A stretch of 64,000 nucleotides of DNA from Candidatus Enterousia sp. (GTDB lineage: Bacteria; Pseudomonadota; Alphaproteobacteria; Rs-D84), in assembly GCA_045613445.1 (NCBI GenBank), contig JAZLAZ010000026.1, positions 2,674 through 66,673 on the forward strand, read 5' to 3'. The position numbers were made by a program, and so were the translations under genes. Of this stretch, positions 10,623 through 20,933 are shown one piece after another. The notes under the pieces are model-generated. The model did not search any database and was not told the DNA's origin. It saw only the letters and a list, made by a program, of their open reading frames with translations. How positions within the stretch are numbered: position 1 is the stretch's first letter; each line of letters opens with the position of its first letter.

Positions 10623-11725
10623 AACCAATATTATTTAATTTTACAGATGCAGAATTGGAACAGTATATATCAGAACTGGGGCAGCCGCGTTTTCGTGCAA
10701 AACAAATTCGTGATTGGCTAAATCGTGGCGCGCCTGATTTTGCATCTATGAAAAATATTCCAGAAACACTGCGTCAGAAATTAGACGAAAATGCATATAC
10801 ATTACCTGTCAAAATTGTAAAAAAACTGGAATCATCAGACGGTGAAACAACAAAGTTTTTATTGGAATTAAATGATGGTGAACAAATAGAATGTGTTTTA
10901 ATGCGTACCACATACGGTAACAGTGTTTGTGTCAGTTCGCAGGCTGGTTGCGCAATGGGATGCAAATTCTGTGCCAGTACATTGTTGGGATTAAAAAGAA
11001 ATTTAACATCCAACGAAATATATTCTCAGATACTGGTTGCACAATGGGAATTGCGTGCTGATATGTTATCAGATAAGCCAATTCGCCCAAATGGTGATGC
11101 GAATAATAATGATGTATCTCATATTGTAATTATGGGGACAGGCGAACCATTACAGAACACAGAAAATGTAATCAGTTTTATTGAGCGCGCAAATTCACAA
11201 ATGGGGATTGGGTGGCGTCGAATAACTGTATCGACCTGTGGAATTGTTCCTGGAATTGATAGATTGATTGAATGGGGCCGTCCGATAAATTTAGCAATAT
11301 CTTTGCACGCACCAACAGATGAATTGCGTTCACAAATTATGCCTATCAATAATAAGTATAAAATAAGTGATGTTATGGACACTGCATGGCGATTTACAGA
11401 CCTGCATAATCGTCAATTGATGATTGAATATATATTGTTGGGGCGTTGTGATGAAAATGGTGAAACGGTTTTATATAATGCAACATTGGAACATGCACAG
11501 CAGTTATCAGAATTACTGCGTGGAAAAAATTGTATGGTAAATTTAATTCCATGGAATGCTGTCGACGAACGTGATTTTGCATCACCGTCTGGTAATGCCG
11601 TACACAGATTCCAAGATACATTGATTAAAAACGGTATTCATACGCGTATCAGACGCGAACGTGGGACGGATATTGGTTCTGCGTGTGGTCAGTTGCGATT
11701 GAATAATGCAAAAAGTAAGAAATAA
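10619..11725 (+). CDS. rlmN: 23S rRNA A2503/tRNA A37 radical-SAM methyltransferase
   Basis: CVSSQAGCAMGCKFCAS (CxxxCxxC), MGTGEPL, SLHAP, IGSACGQL. Confidence 0.95.
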   Translation: MKPILFNFTDAELEQYISELGQPRFRAKQIRDWLNRGAPDFASMKNIPETLRQKLDENAYTLPVKIVKKLESSDGETTKFLLELNDGEQIECVLMRTTYGNSVCVSSQAGCAMGCKFCASTLLGLKRNLTSNEIYSQILVAQWELRADMLSDKPIRPNGDANNNDVSHIVIMGTGEPLQNTENVISFIERANSQMGIGWRRITVSTCGIVPGIDRLIEWGRPINLAISLHAPTDELRSQIMPINNKYKISDVMDTAWRFTDLHNRQLMIEYILLGRCDENGETVLYNATLEHAQQLSELLRGKNCMVNLIPWNAVDERDFASPSGNAVHRFQDTLIKNGIHTRIRRERGTDIGSACGQLRLNNAKSKK

Positions 11726-11750
11726 AAATTCCCCGATTGGGGAATTTTTT
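11724..11750. terminator. bidirectional intrinsic terminator rlmN/rpsO
   Basis: AAAAATTCCCC-GATT-GGGGAATTTTTT between convergent genes. Confidence 0.85.
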
Positions 11751-11751
11751 A

Positions 11752-12024
11752 TTATTTACGCAGACCTAACTTTTTAATCAAGTTTTCGTAATCTTCTGGA
11801 TTGCGTTTTTTGATATAGGCCAACAATTTTTTACGACGATTTACCATCAATAACAAACCGCGTTTTGAATGGTTGTCTTTGTGGTTTGCCTTCATATGTT
11901 CTGTCAAATTGCGAATACGTTCTGTCAGAACAGCAACCTGTGATTCAACGGAACCACCATTGTCGTTTTCAGATACTTTATATGCCTGAATCAATTCAGA
12001 CTTTTTTGTCTTTGTAATGGACAT
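11752..12024 (-). CDS. rpsO: 30S ribosomal protein S15
   Basis: True start MSITKTKK at 12024 after AAAGGAAA; [35 protein letters not shown]; 90 aa. Confidence 0.97.
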   Translation of the reverse strand: MSITKTKKSELIQAYKVSENDNGGSVESQVAVLTERIRNLTEHMKANHKDNHSKRGLLLMVNRRKKLLAYIKKRNPEDYENLIKKLGLRK

Positions 12025-12043
12025 TATATTTCCTTTTTTTATT

Positions 12044-12916
12044 TTATATTGTTCGTCTTGGTCGCAAATTTCCGTCATGTACAGCGCCAATACCAATAAA
12101 CAAATCATTGTTATAAACGCGACACAATCCATCATTTGCGGCAACTGTGATAAATCCACCGTTTTTATAAAAATAGGCATCTTTATCGGCCAGATTCAGA
12201 ACCGGAATGTCCCCCAGTCCAAAATCCACCGGCATCAATTTTTCATCAATGCTGGCACTATTATTAAACAGATTTTCCAAAAAATCAAGTTTTACGGCAT
12301 TTTTGATATCAAAGTCACCAGATAACGTGCGTCGTATCATATCAACAGTCGCAATTGTGCCACATAATTTTGCAATATCACGCGCGATTGATCGCACATA
12401 TGTGCCACGACTGCAACGCGTGCGAAAATGCCAAGACTTTCCCTGTATACCGATAAATTCCAGTTCGTATATTTCAACATCACGCGGTGGAATTTCGATG
12501 GCTTTACCTTGTCGTGCCACATCATATGCGCGTTTGCCATCAACATGTATCGCAGAATACTGTGGTGGAATTTGTGATATTTTGCCAGTCAGTTTTGGTA
12601 AGACAGATATTACATCAAATTGATTTGGAACAATATCGTTGCGTGTAATTTCATGGCCTGTGATATCCAATGTATCTGTTTCAAAACCAAATTGCAGTGA
12701 AAATAAATATTCTTTTACATTTGGTGATATTTCTTCGACAAATGGAATCATCTTGGTTGTATCACCGATTGCGATTGGTAAAACCCCAGACGCCATTGGG
12801 TCCAGCGTACCAATATGCCCGAATTTTTTTGTTCCAATCATTCGTGCAATTTTGCCACCAGCTGTTCTTGAAAACAGCCCAGAATCCTTGTCCAAGATAA
12901 CCCAACCCGATTTCAT
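12044..12916 (-). CDS. truB: tRNA pseudouridine(55) synthase
   Basis: [39 protein letters not shown]; upstream of rpsO as usual. Confidence 0.95.
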   Translation of the reverse strand: MKSGWVILDKDSGLFSRTAGGKIARMIGTKKFGHIGTLDPMASGVLPIAIGDTTKMIPFVEEISPNVKEYLFSLQFGFETDTLDITGHEITRNDIVPNQFDVISVLPKLTGKISQIPPQYSAIHVDGKRAYDVARQGKAIEIPPRDVEIYELEFIGIQGKSWHFRTRCSRGTYVRSIARDIAKLCGTIATVDMIRRTLSGDFDIKNAVKLDFLENLFNNSASIDEKLMPVDFGLGDIPVLNLADKDAYFYKNGGFITVAANDGLCRVYNNDLFIGIGAVHDGNLRPRRTI

Positions 12917-13402
12917 TTATTTAACTTTTTGAATGTTGTATTTCATAGATTCAATCTGTTTTATCCATTTTGCTAATTCTGAATCTTCAAATTTATCAAC
13001 AGACGGATATATTTGTTTTAAATTTTTACTATCAATCACACAATCTTGTGCGTAGGCGGAATATTTTTCATGTACTTCTTCTTCTATTTTTATTGGATGG
13101 TTTAGTACAGTAATTTGTACGCCGTTATTTGTTTTAACAGCACTTTGACCGATATAGAAAACACGTCTATGAAAATTATTTGATTCCAAAGAAATTTCTT
13201 CTAAATCAAACTTAAAATGAACAGATACAGAAAAACCTTTTTCTTTACCACGCATCACACGACCAGTTAATTTATTATCGTTATAATATTCACGCAAATA
13301 ATCATAGTTTTTAATATGTTCCAGTAATTCTTCTGGCGTATCAAATTTTTTACTGTTTTGTCCGTTTTTTGGATTAAAAACATATGTTGGTTTTACAATC
13401 AT
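12917..13402 (-). CDS. orphan hypothetical protein ending QKVK
   Basis: 161-aa ORF with AAGGA SD, AT-rich, lying between mutS and truB. Confidence 0.7.
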   Translation of the reverse strand: MIVKPTYVFNPKNGQNSKKFDTPEELLEHIKNYDYLREYYNDNKLTGRVMRGKEKGFSVSVHFKFDLEEISLESNNFHRRVFYIGQSAVKTNNGVQITVLNHPIKIEEEVHEKYSAYAQDCVIDSKNLKQIYPSVDKFEDSELAKWIKQIESMKYNIQKVK

Positions 13403-13416
13403 TAATTTTCCTTTTA

Positions 13417-15933
13417 TTACCCAAACAGATTTAATTGTGGTGGCAGTTCGTCACAAACAGTATTCTTTTTGCGTTGTGTTGATTTTGGTGTGTTTTGCGC
13501 TGGTACAGACATTTCGTTGTTTTCCAGTGCCGCCAATACACATTCTGCGCGCGATACAACAGATGCTGGCATACCTGCCATTTTTGCAACCTGAATCCCA
13601 TATGAACGATTTGCGATACCAGACACGATTTTATGCATAAATATAATTTCATTATTGTGTTCGCGTACATCAATTGTCAGGCATGTTGCATTATTCAAAT
13701 ATCCATTTAATACCAGTGCAGTCAATTCGTGATAATGTGTTGCAAACAGTGTGCGTGGACATAGTTCGTTCAGGTATTCCAATACAGATTGTGCAATTGC
13801 CATACCATCATATGTTGCTGTACCACGACCAATTTCATCAAATATTATAAAAGATCGATTTGTTGCACGGTTTAGAATGTTGGCAGTCTCGCTCATTTCA
13901 ACCATAAATGTTGATTGTCCTGCGGCAAGATTGTCAGATGCACCAACACGACTGAACAGTTGATCGCAAACACCGATAGTTGCACGTTCTGCAGGCACAA
14001 AAGAACCCATATGCGCTAACACAACAATAATTGCATTTTGTCGCAAATATGTTGATTTACCTGCCATGTTTGGTCCTGTCAACAGTGCAACAGCATTTGT
14101 GTTCAGATTGCAATCATTCTTTACAAAATTATCACCAACACGACGCAATACAGATTCGATAACAGGATGGCGACCACCGACAATATCAAATGAACAATCG
14201 TCTGTCATATTTGGGCGAACCCATGAATATTTATCTGCAACAGTTGTCAGTGCGCACCACACATCTGCATCAGCCAATAGATCTGCGGTTGCCAATAGAT
14301 CATCTGCGATACCGCGCACAGATTCGATGAATTCGTTTATGATTTCGGTTTCGATGCCAGCGGCCTTTTCTGCGGCACTACGCACATCGTTGTCTAAGTC
14401 AATCAGTCTGGTTGTTGTGAAACGCAAATTTCCAGCCATTGTTTGACGATGTATAAATCCAGATTCAGGTTGCATTAAAATATCGGCACGTGCAGCAGGT
14501 ACTTCTATAAAATACCCCAGTATATTATTATATTTTATTTTAAGTGTATTTATACCTGTCTGATTGATGTATTCTGATTGCAGTGCAGCGATTGTTTCGC
14601 GGCCACCATGTGATAGCAATCGCATATTATCCAGTGCGACATCATATCCATCACGAATAACATTGCCGTCGCGGAAAAAAGTTGGTAATTCATCCGATAA
14701 AGCGTGTTTTAATTTGATTCCAATTTCGCTGTGCAGATTTACATTTGCAAACAGTGGTGCAAATCCTGCGTCCAGTTTAGCAGCAATTGTATGCATGCGT
14801 GGCAACGCGCATAAAAATTCAGATACATTGCGTAAATCGCGTGGGCCACCGCGACCTGATAACAATCTGGACAGCGCGCGTCCAACATCAGGAATGTTTG
14901 ACAAAATACTTTCCATCATTGATTTGATATCTGGATTTAATGAAAAGTGCGAAATATGCTGTTGGCGCAACATAATTTCATTTATATCCCCCGATAAATT
15001 GCGTAAATATGCGCGCAGTTTTCGTGCGCCAGCCGCAGTGTATGTTTCGTCCAAGACATCAATCAAGCAAACGCCACCATCATTTATTGGCGTGTCTATT
15101 TCCAGACTTTTCCATGTTGAAGAATCAATTAAAAGTTGTTTGCCGGATTTGAATATGTACGGTGTGCGAAAAGTAATTGCGGCCCCGCGTTGTGTATTAA
15201 ACAAATAACCAGCCAACAAACAAATTGCATTGTCCGAATTTTTAGAAACTTCGCTTGCGTTGATTGCGCAACCAAAAACGCGCGATACAACTATATCTAT
15301 ATCACTGCGATGATATAATTTTTCATACACAGGTGTAGACTTAAAAGCATCGCGAATTTTTTTAATTGTTTTTTCTTCGGCGCATCCGAATGGGAAAATT
15401 ACTTCGGCTGGGTTGATTCTGGTTAAATCATCAAAAACTTCTGCGGATTGTCCGACAAAGAATTCACCGGTTGAAATATCGCAACCTGCAATATCGTATT
15501 GTTTGCCACCAATTGGCACAACAGCAATCAAGAAATTGGATTTTTTTGGTGCCAATAAATTGTCATCTGTCAGTGTGCCAGGCGTTAAAACACGCACAAC
15601 TTGACGGTCGATGTATTTGTGTCCGCGTTCTTTGGCTTGGGCAGGTGTTTCCATTTGTTCAACCAATGCAACCTTGTATCCACTGCGCACCAGACGACCA
15701 AAATAGTTGTCTGCTGCATGCCATGGAATACCACACATTGGTATATTGTTGCCGTCGCCATCTGTGCCGCGTGCAGTTAAAACCAAACCTAATGCAGTGC
15801 TGATAGTTTTTGCATCTTCGAAGAATGATTCATAAAAATCCCCCAGCCTGAACATTAACAAAGCATCTGGGTTTTCTGCTTTCATATCGACATACTGTTG
15901 CATAACAGGTGTCAATTTACTTTTTTCTGCCAC
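13417..15933 (-). CDS. mutS: DNA mismatch repair protein MutS
   Basis: TPVMQQY, FRLGDFYE, TGPNMAGKSTYLRQ, STFMVEM, DEIGRGT, FATHYHEL, C-terminal QLNLF clamp-binding motif. Confidence 0.97.
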   Translation of the reverse strand: MAEKSKLTPVMQQYVDMKAENPDALLMFRLGDFYESFFEDAKTISTALGLVLTARGTDGDGNNIPMCGIPWHAADNYFGRLVRSGYKVALVEQMETPAQAKERGHKYIDRQVVRVLTPGTLTDDNLLAPKKSNFLIAVVPIGGKQYDIAGCDISTGEFFVGQSAEVFDDLTRINPAEVIFPFGCAEEKTIKKIRDAFKSTPVYEKLYHRSDIDIVVSRVFGCAINASEVSKNSDNAICLLAGYLFNTQRGAAITFRTPYIFKSGKQLLIDSSTWKSLEIDTPINDGGVCLIDVLDETYTAAGARKLRAYLRNLSGDINEIMLRQQHISHFSLNPDIKSMMESILSNIPDVGRALSRLLSGRGGPRDLRNVSEFLCALPRMHTIAAKLDAGFAPLFANVNLHSEIGIKLKHALSDELPTFFRDGNVIRDGYDVALDNMRLLSHGGRETIAALQSEYINQTGINTLKIKYNNILGYFIEVPAARADILMQPESGFIHRQTMAGNLRFTTTRLIDLDNDVRSAAEKAAGIETEIINEFIESVRGIADDLLATADLLADADVWCALTTVADKYSWVRPNMTDDCSFDIVGGRHPVIESVLRRVGDNFVKNDCNLNTNAVALLTGPNMAGKSTYLRQNAIIVVLAHMGSFVPAERATIGVCDQLFSRVGASDNLAAGQSTFMVEMSETANILNRATNRSFIIFDEIGRGTATYDGMAIAQSVLEYLNELCPRTLFATHYHELTALVLNGYLNNATCLTIDVREHNNEIIFMHKIVSGIANRSYGIQVAKMAGMPASVVSRAECVLAALENNEMSVPAQNTPKSTQRKKNTVCDELPPQLNLFG

Positions 15934-15955
15934 GACAAAATCCGTTTAATTAAAA

Positions 15956-16150
15956 TTATGGGTTTACTTTCAAAGTTTCGATTTTAAGTTCTGCTTCTTT
16001 TAACAGTTGTTCGCAGTAAGCTTTTAATTTAATGCCCTGTTCGTATGCCACAACAGAATCAGCCAGTGGTAATTCACCAGATTCCATTTTTTTAACCAAA
16101 TCCATCAATTGTTTATATGCTTCTTCGAAAGACAGCTTTGCATCAGTCAT
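15956..16150 (-). CDS. xseB: exodeoxyribonuclease VII small subunit
   Basis: LSFEEA..LV..MESGELPL..S...YEQG..L...C...L..AE.KI. Confidence 0.92.
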   Translation of the reverse strand: MTDAKLSFEEAYKQLMDLVKKMESGELPLADSVVAYEQGIKLKAYCEQLLKEAELKIETLKVNP

Positions 16151-16207
16151 AAAAATCCCCTATGATTATACGGATTACGATACAAAAATAAAATCATATT
16201 TTCAATT

Positions 16208-16231
16208 AAAAATCCCCCAAGCGGGGGATTT
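16208..16231 (-). terminator. intrinsic terminator after ppdK
   Basis: AAAAATCCCCC-AAGC-GGGGGATTT hairpin. Confidence 0.75.
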
Positions 16232-16237
16232 ATTTTT

Positions 16238-18898
16238 TTAGTTGTTCTTTGGGAACTTTACTGCGGCTTGTGCAGCAGCCAAACGTGCAATTGGCACGCG
16301 GAATGGTGAACAAGATACAGAATTAAATCCAACTTGATGGAAGAAGGAAATAGATTCTGGATCGCCACCGTGTTCGCCACATACGCCCAAGTGTATATTG
16401 TTACCCTTGGTTGCGCGTGCTTTCTGAACAGCGTCTTTGATTAGGATACCGACACCCAATTGATCAACAGATGCAAATGGATCTGCGACATATACGCCAC
16501 GTGCACGATATTCGTCCAAGATTTTTGCTGTATCATCGCGTGACATACCTAATGTTGTCTGGGTTAAATCGTTTGTTCCGAATTCAAAGAATTCGCATGA
16601 TTCTGCAATTTCGTTTGCCAAAACTGCTGCGCGTGGCAATTCAATCATTGAACCAACGGTGTATTCAACAGATTCGCCTTTTTCTGCGAACAATGAATTT
16701 GCAGTTGCATCAATTACAGCCTTGACGATATCGACTTCTTTCTTGGAACCGACTAATGGAACTTCGATTTCTGGGAAAACTTTGATTCCATTTGCTTTGC
16801 ATTCCAATGCCGCAGACAAGATCGCGCGTGTTTGCATTTCGCAAATTTCTGGGTATGTAATTGCTAAGCGGCAACCACGATGACCCAACATTGGGTTTTG
16901 TTCATGCAATTGTTCAGCACGCTGTTTGATGAATTCAACAGATTTGCCAATATGCTTTGCTAATTCTTCGATTTCTGCATCTGTATGTGGCAAGAATTCA
17001 TGTAATGGTGGGTCAATTAAACGAATTGTTACTGGCAGACCGTCCATAATCTTGAACAGTTCAACAAAGTCTGCTTTCTGATATGGTAACAACTTTGCCA
17101 ATGCAGCGCGACGACCAGCTTCGTCTTCGGCCAAAATCATTTCGCGCATATCTTGGATGCGTGATGGGTCAAAGAACATGTGTTCTGTGCGTGCCAAACC
17201 GATACCTTCGGCGCCAAAGTCGCGTGCTTGTTTTGCATCTTTTGGTGTTTCTGCATTTGCTTTGACTGTCAAGGTTTTGATTTCATCAACCCATTTCATC
17301 AAAGTACCAAAGTTACCTGTCAATTCAACGGATACAGTTGGAATTTGACCAGCGATGATCTGACCTTTTGCGCCATCAATAGATACCCAGTCACCTTCGT
17401 GGATAACTGTACCATCTGTTGTTTTCAGTGTTTTTGCTTCGTAATCGATTTTAATGTCTGGTGAACCAGATACGCATGGTGTTCCCATACCGCGTGCAAC
17501 CACAGCTGCGTGTGATGTCATACCACCGCGCGCAGTAATAACACCTTGGGCGGCGTTCATGCCAGCGATATCTTCTGGTGATGTTTCGATACGAATCAGC
17601 ATAACTTTTTTGCCTTGTGCTGCCCATTTTTCTGCATCTTCTGCGTTAAACACAGCTTGTCCAACAGCAGCACCTGGTGATGCAGGTAAACCTGTTGCAA
17701 TAATTTTCTTTTCTGCCTTTGGATCCAACATTGGGTGCAACAAGTGGTCTAATTGTTCTGCACCGACACGCAAAATCGCTTCTTCTTTTGTCAGTAAGCC
17801 TTCTTCAACCATTTCAACGGCCATACGAACAGCTGCAGCTGCTGTGCGTTTACCGTTACGGCATTGTAACATCCACAATTTTCCATGTTCGATTGTGAAT
17901 TCCATGTCTTGCATGTCTTTGTAATGTTTTTCCAGTTTTTCACGAACATCACACAATTCTGCATACACTGCTGGCATAACTTCTTCCAGTGACAATCGAC
18001 CAGAATCATCTTTGCTCATTGGTTGTGGTGTACGAATGCCTGCAACAACATCTTCGCCCTGGGCGTTTATCAGATATTCACCATAGTATTTATTTTCACC
18101 GGTTGCAGGGTCACGACTGAAACATACACCTGTTGCAGAATCGTCACCAGAATTACCAAATACCATTGCCTGAACATTCACTGCTGTACCCCAGTCTGCT
18201 GGAATATTGTTCAGTTTACGATATGTGATTGCTTTTTTGCTCATCCAAGAACCGAATACAGCCCCGATACCCATTTCCAACTGTTTCCAAGGATCTTGTG
18301 GGAAAACTTTACCAATTTTAACACCGATTTCCTTGAACTTTTCGACCAAGTCTTTCAAATCGTCTGCTGTCAATTCTGTATCCAGTTTATAACCTTTTTC
18401 TTCCTTCATGCGTTCCAATGTGTGTTCGAACAAGTCGATATCAGCACCCATAACAACTTCACTGAACATCATGATAAAGCGACGATAAGAATCGTATGCA
18501 AAGCGTTCGTTGCCAGAAATTTTTGCCAATGCTTTTACAGTATCGTCGTTCAAACCCAAATTCAAAACCGTATCCATCATGCCTGGCATTGATACGCGTG
18601 CGCCAGAACGAACAGATACCAACAGTGGGTTTTCCAAGTCTGCAAATTTTTTGCCCATGATTGATTCAACATGTGCAATACCACTGCGTACTTGATCCAT
18701 CAAATCAGCTGGATATGTTTGATTGTTTGCATAGTAATATACACAAACATCGGTTGTAACTGTGAAACCTGCTGGAACAGGCAATCCAACCAAGTTCATT
18801 TCGGCCAAATTTGCACCTTTGCCACCCAACAGATTTTTCATATCTGCCTGACCTTCGGCCTGACCGTTACCGAAAGTATATACCCATTTATTACTCAT
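16238..18898 (-). CDS. ppdK: pyruvate, phosphate dikinase
   Basis: LLGGKGANLAEM, SVRSGARVSMPGMMDT, GGMTSHAAVVARG (phospho-His), GTNDLTQ, CGEHGGDP, SCSPFRVP. Confidence 0.97.
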   Translation of the reverse strand: MSNKWVYTFGNGQAEGQADMKNLLGGKGANLAEMNLVGLPVPAGFTVTTDVCVYYYANNQTYPADLMDQVRSGIAHVESIMGKKFADLENPLLVSVRSGARVSMPGMMDTVLNLGLNDDTVKALAKISGNERFAYDSYRRFIMMFSEVVMGADIDLFEHTLERMKEEKGYKLDTELTADDLKDLVEKFKEIGVKIGKVFPQDPWKQLEMGIGAVFGSWMSKKAITYRKLNNIPADWGTAVNVQAMVFGNSGDDSATGVCFSRDPATGENKYYGEYLINAQGEDVVAGIRTPQPMSKDDSGRLSLEEVMPAVYAELCDVREKLEKHYKDMQDMEFTIEHGKLWMLQCRNGKRTAAAAVRMAVEMVEEGLLTKEEAILRVGAEQLDHLLHPMLDPKAEKKIIATGLPASPGAAVGQAVFNAEDAEKWAAQGKKVMLIRIETSPEDIAGMNAAQGVITARGGMTSHAAVVARGMGTPCVSGSPDIKIDYEAKTLKTTDGTVIHEGDWVSIDGAKGQIIAGQIPTVSVELTGNFGTLMKWVDEIKTLTVKANAETPKDAKQARDFGAEGIGLARTEHMFFDPSRIQDMREMILAEDEAGRRAALAKLLPYQKADFVELFKIMDGLPVTIRLIDPPLHEFLPHTDAEIEELAKHIGKSVEFIKQRAEQLHEQNPMLGHRGCRLAITYPEICEMQTRAILSAALECKANGIKVFPEIEVPLVGSKKEVDIVKAVIDATANSLFAEKGESVEYTVGSMIELPRAAVLANEIAESCEFFEFGTNDLTQTTLGMSRDDTAKILDEYRARGVYVADPFASVDQLGVGILIKDAVQKARATKGNNIHLGVCGEHGGDPESISFFHQVGFNSVSCSPFRVPIARLAAAQAAVKFPKNN

Positions 18899-18998
18899 GG
18901 TTTCTCCTTGCGTTTAATTAAAAAAATGCCCCAAGATTGTGGGGCAGATATCACATAAAAGCAAGAAAAAAATCCATACTTTTTTGATTTTCTTCTTT

Positions 18999-19892
18999 TT
19001 ACATATTACATGCGCATGCAATTGAAAATAACTTTGAAATATCACTGTCTGAACGTGAATTGATTATCACTGGGGCACGTGCGCCAACAATAACGCCACC
19101 AAAAATCCAATCGCCAAATTGTACCATTGCCTTGATTGTATTATTACCAGCTTCGATATTATCAAACAATAAAATATCTGCATTGCCTTGGATTGTTCCA
19201 TTGTATTGTTTGATTTTTGCAGCATTTTCAGATACGGCGATATCAAATGATATTGGGCCACTGATAACACAATCTGAAATTTCGCCATTTGTGTTCATTT
19301 GTTGTAATGCAGCTGCATCGACGGTTGCCTGCATCGCGGGGTTTAATGTTTCAACGGCACACAGTGGTGCGACCAGTGGTTTTTGAATGCCCATATGGCG
19401 TGCCACAGACACAGCATTTTTTATCAGTTGTACCTTTTTATCTAAATCTGGATACATGATCATTGCGATATCTGTTAAAAATAGTTTGCGCTGTAATTTT
19501 GGTGAATATAATACAGATACATGCGATAAAATACCATCGTCCCTGATGCCTGTTTCACGATTTAATACAGCGCGTAAGATATCTGCGGTATGAATTAAAC
19601 CCTTCATTAAAATATCTGCGTCACCGTTACGGACCAATGATACTGCCATATTTGCAGCATCTAATTCATTGTCACAATGAACGATTTTGAATTTAGATAT
19701 ATCGATGTTGTTTTTTTCTGCGACGGATTTTATTTGTTTTTCATCGCCGCATAAAATCGCGTTTACAAATCCTAATTGATAAGCTGTTACCAATGAAGAT
19801 AAAACATTTGCATCAATTGCATTTGCAACGGATATTGTTCGCATTTTGTCTGGTCGCAAAGACAGTAATAATTTTTCAAATTCATTATTCAT
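18999..19892 (-). CDS. phosphate butyryl/acetyl-transferase (PTA_PTB family)
   Basis: ADILMKGLIHT, LSHV, TDIAM, GPISFDIAVS, IEAGN, GARAPVIINSRSDS. Confidence 0.88.
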   Translation of the reverse strand: MNNEFEKLLLSLRPDKMRTISVANAIDANVLSSLVTAYQLGFVNAILCGDEKQIKSVAEKNNIDISKFKIVHCDNELDAANMAVSLVRNGDADILMKGLIHTADILRAVLNRETGIRDDGILSHVSVLYSPKLQRKLFLTDIAMIMYPDLDKKVQLIKNAVSVARHMGIQKPLVAPLCAVETLNPAMQATVDAAALQQMNTNGEISDCVISGPISFDIAVSENAAKIKQYNGTIQGNADILLFDNIEAGNNTIKAMVQFGDWIFGGVIVGARAPVIINSRSDSDISKLFSIACACNM

Positions 19893-19903
19893 AATTATAA
19901 GTC

Positions 19904-20932
19904 CTAGAAAGTGATGCGCATCCCAGCAGATATAAATGGTGTTTCAGAAGTCGTTCCGCCAGAAATCCAACCGTCGACATTTTCGCTGTATTTATATCTG
20001 AAAGATGCAACAATAGTATGGTCAATAAAATCTTTAATATCATTTTGCCAAACACCTGTATCGGACAGCATGTATGTCAAAGACAGGCTATATTTTAATA
20101 CATCATAACTGATACCTGTGCCAACGACAAAACCGTCTGAAATTTCACCAATTGGATTATGATCATAAATTGCGCGTCCTGTTATCCCAATCAGCCAACT
20201 GTTATATTGCATATTTATCCCCAAAGACATTTGCGCGCGCCAATCTGCTGTGACACCTGGGGTATAAATTTCGTTGTCGAAATTATCTGGTTTGTTCATA
20301 AAAGAAGTTCCAATAGAATATGCTGTTTTTAATTTTCCAGATGATTTTCGTAATTTTAATCCTGTATCAATTGCCCATTCATAATCATCTGTTATGCCGG
20401 ATACAGATGCACCATATTGCAGACCGTCATTTGAATTAGAAGCCAAGTTTATACGCAATGAATTGCTGCGACCGGATGTTAATGTTGTATCTGCAATCAC
20501 AGCGCCGTTTGGATGAATTTTTTCGTTATATAATGGTCTGTCATTTATACGCAGTCCACCAACATCAGGTAATCCTAAACCTAATTTTCGTGCGATTGAA
20601 TCAGTGAACCCAAATTCAATTCGTCCCAATTGTTTCAGTTGAATAAAACCGAATGCTTCGCGGGAAAAATAACCTTTGTCCAATGCGTTCTGATCCAACG
20701 CATAAACCAATCCAAATTTAGTGTTTTCTAAATAAGAATTTGTAATTTGTCCGCGTACACGCCAATCGCCGATAAATACAGGTAATTCGATATCAGGGTC
20801 AATCATACCACCTGTTGCATATCCAGTTACTTTCAAGGAATTGTTTCCCAGCTCGTATTCAAATGCATTTGCGCTGTACGATGCACACAGGCCCAGCATC
20901 ATCACAGCGACCATTTTGTAATTTTTTAACAT
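19904..20932 (-). CDS. outer-membrane porin
   Basis: Signal peptide (ASYSANA), alternating beta-strands, LGRIEFG motif, C-terminal AGMRITF beta-signal. Confidence 0.75.
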   Translation of the reverse strand: MLKNYKMVAVMMLGLCASYSANAFEYELGNNSLKVTGYATGGMIDPDIELPVFIGDWRVRGQITNSYLENTKFGLVYALDQNALDKGYFSREAFGFIQLKQLGRIEFGFTDSIARKLGLGLPDVGGLRINDRPLYNEKIHPNGAVIADTTLTSGRSNSLRINLASNSNDGLQYGASVSGITDDYEWAIDTGLKLRKSSGKLKTAYSIGTSFMNKPDNFDNEIYTPGVTADWRAQMSLGINMQYNSWLIGITGRAIYDHNPIGEISDGFVVGTGISYDVLKYSLSLTYMLSDTGVWQNDIKDFIDHTIVASFRYKYSENVDGWISGGTTSETPFISAGMRITF

Positions 20933-20933
20933 A

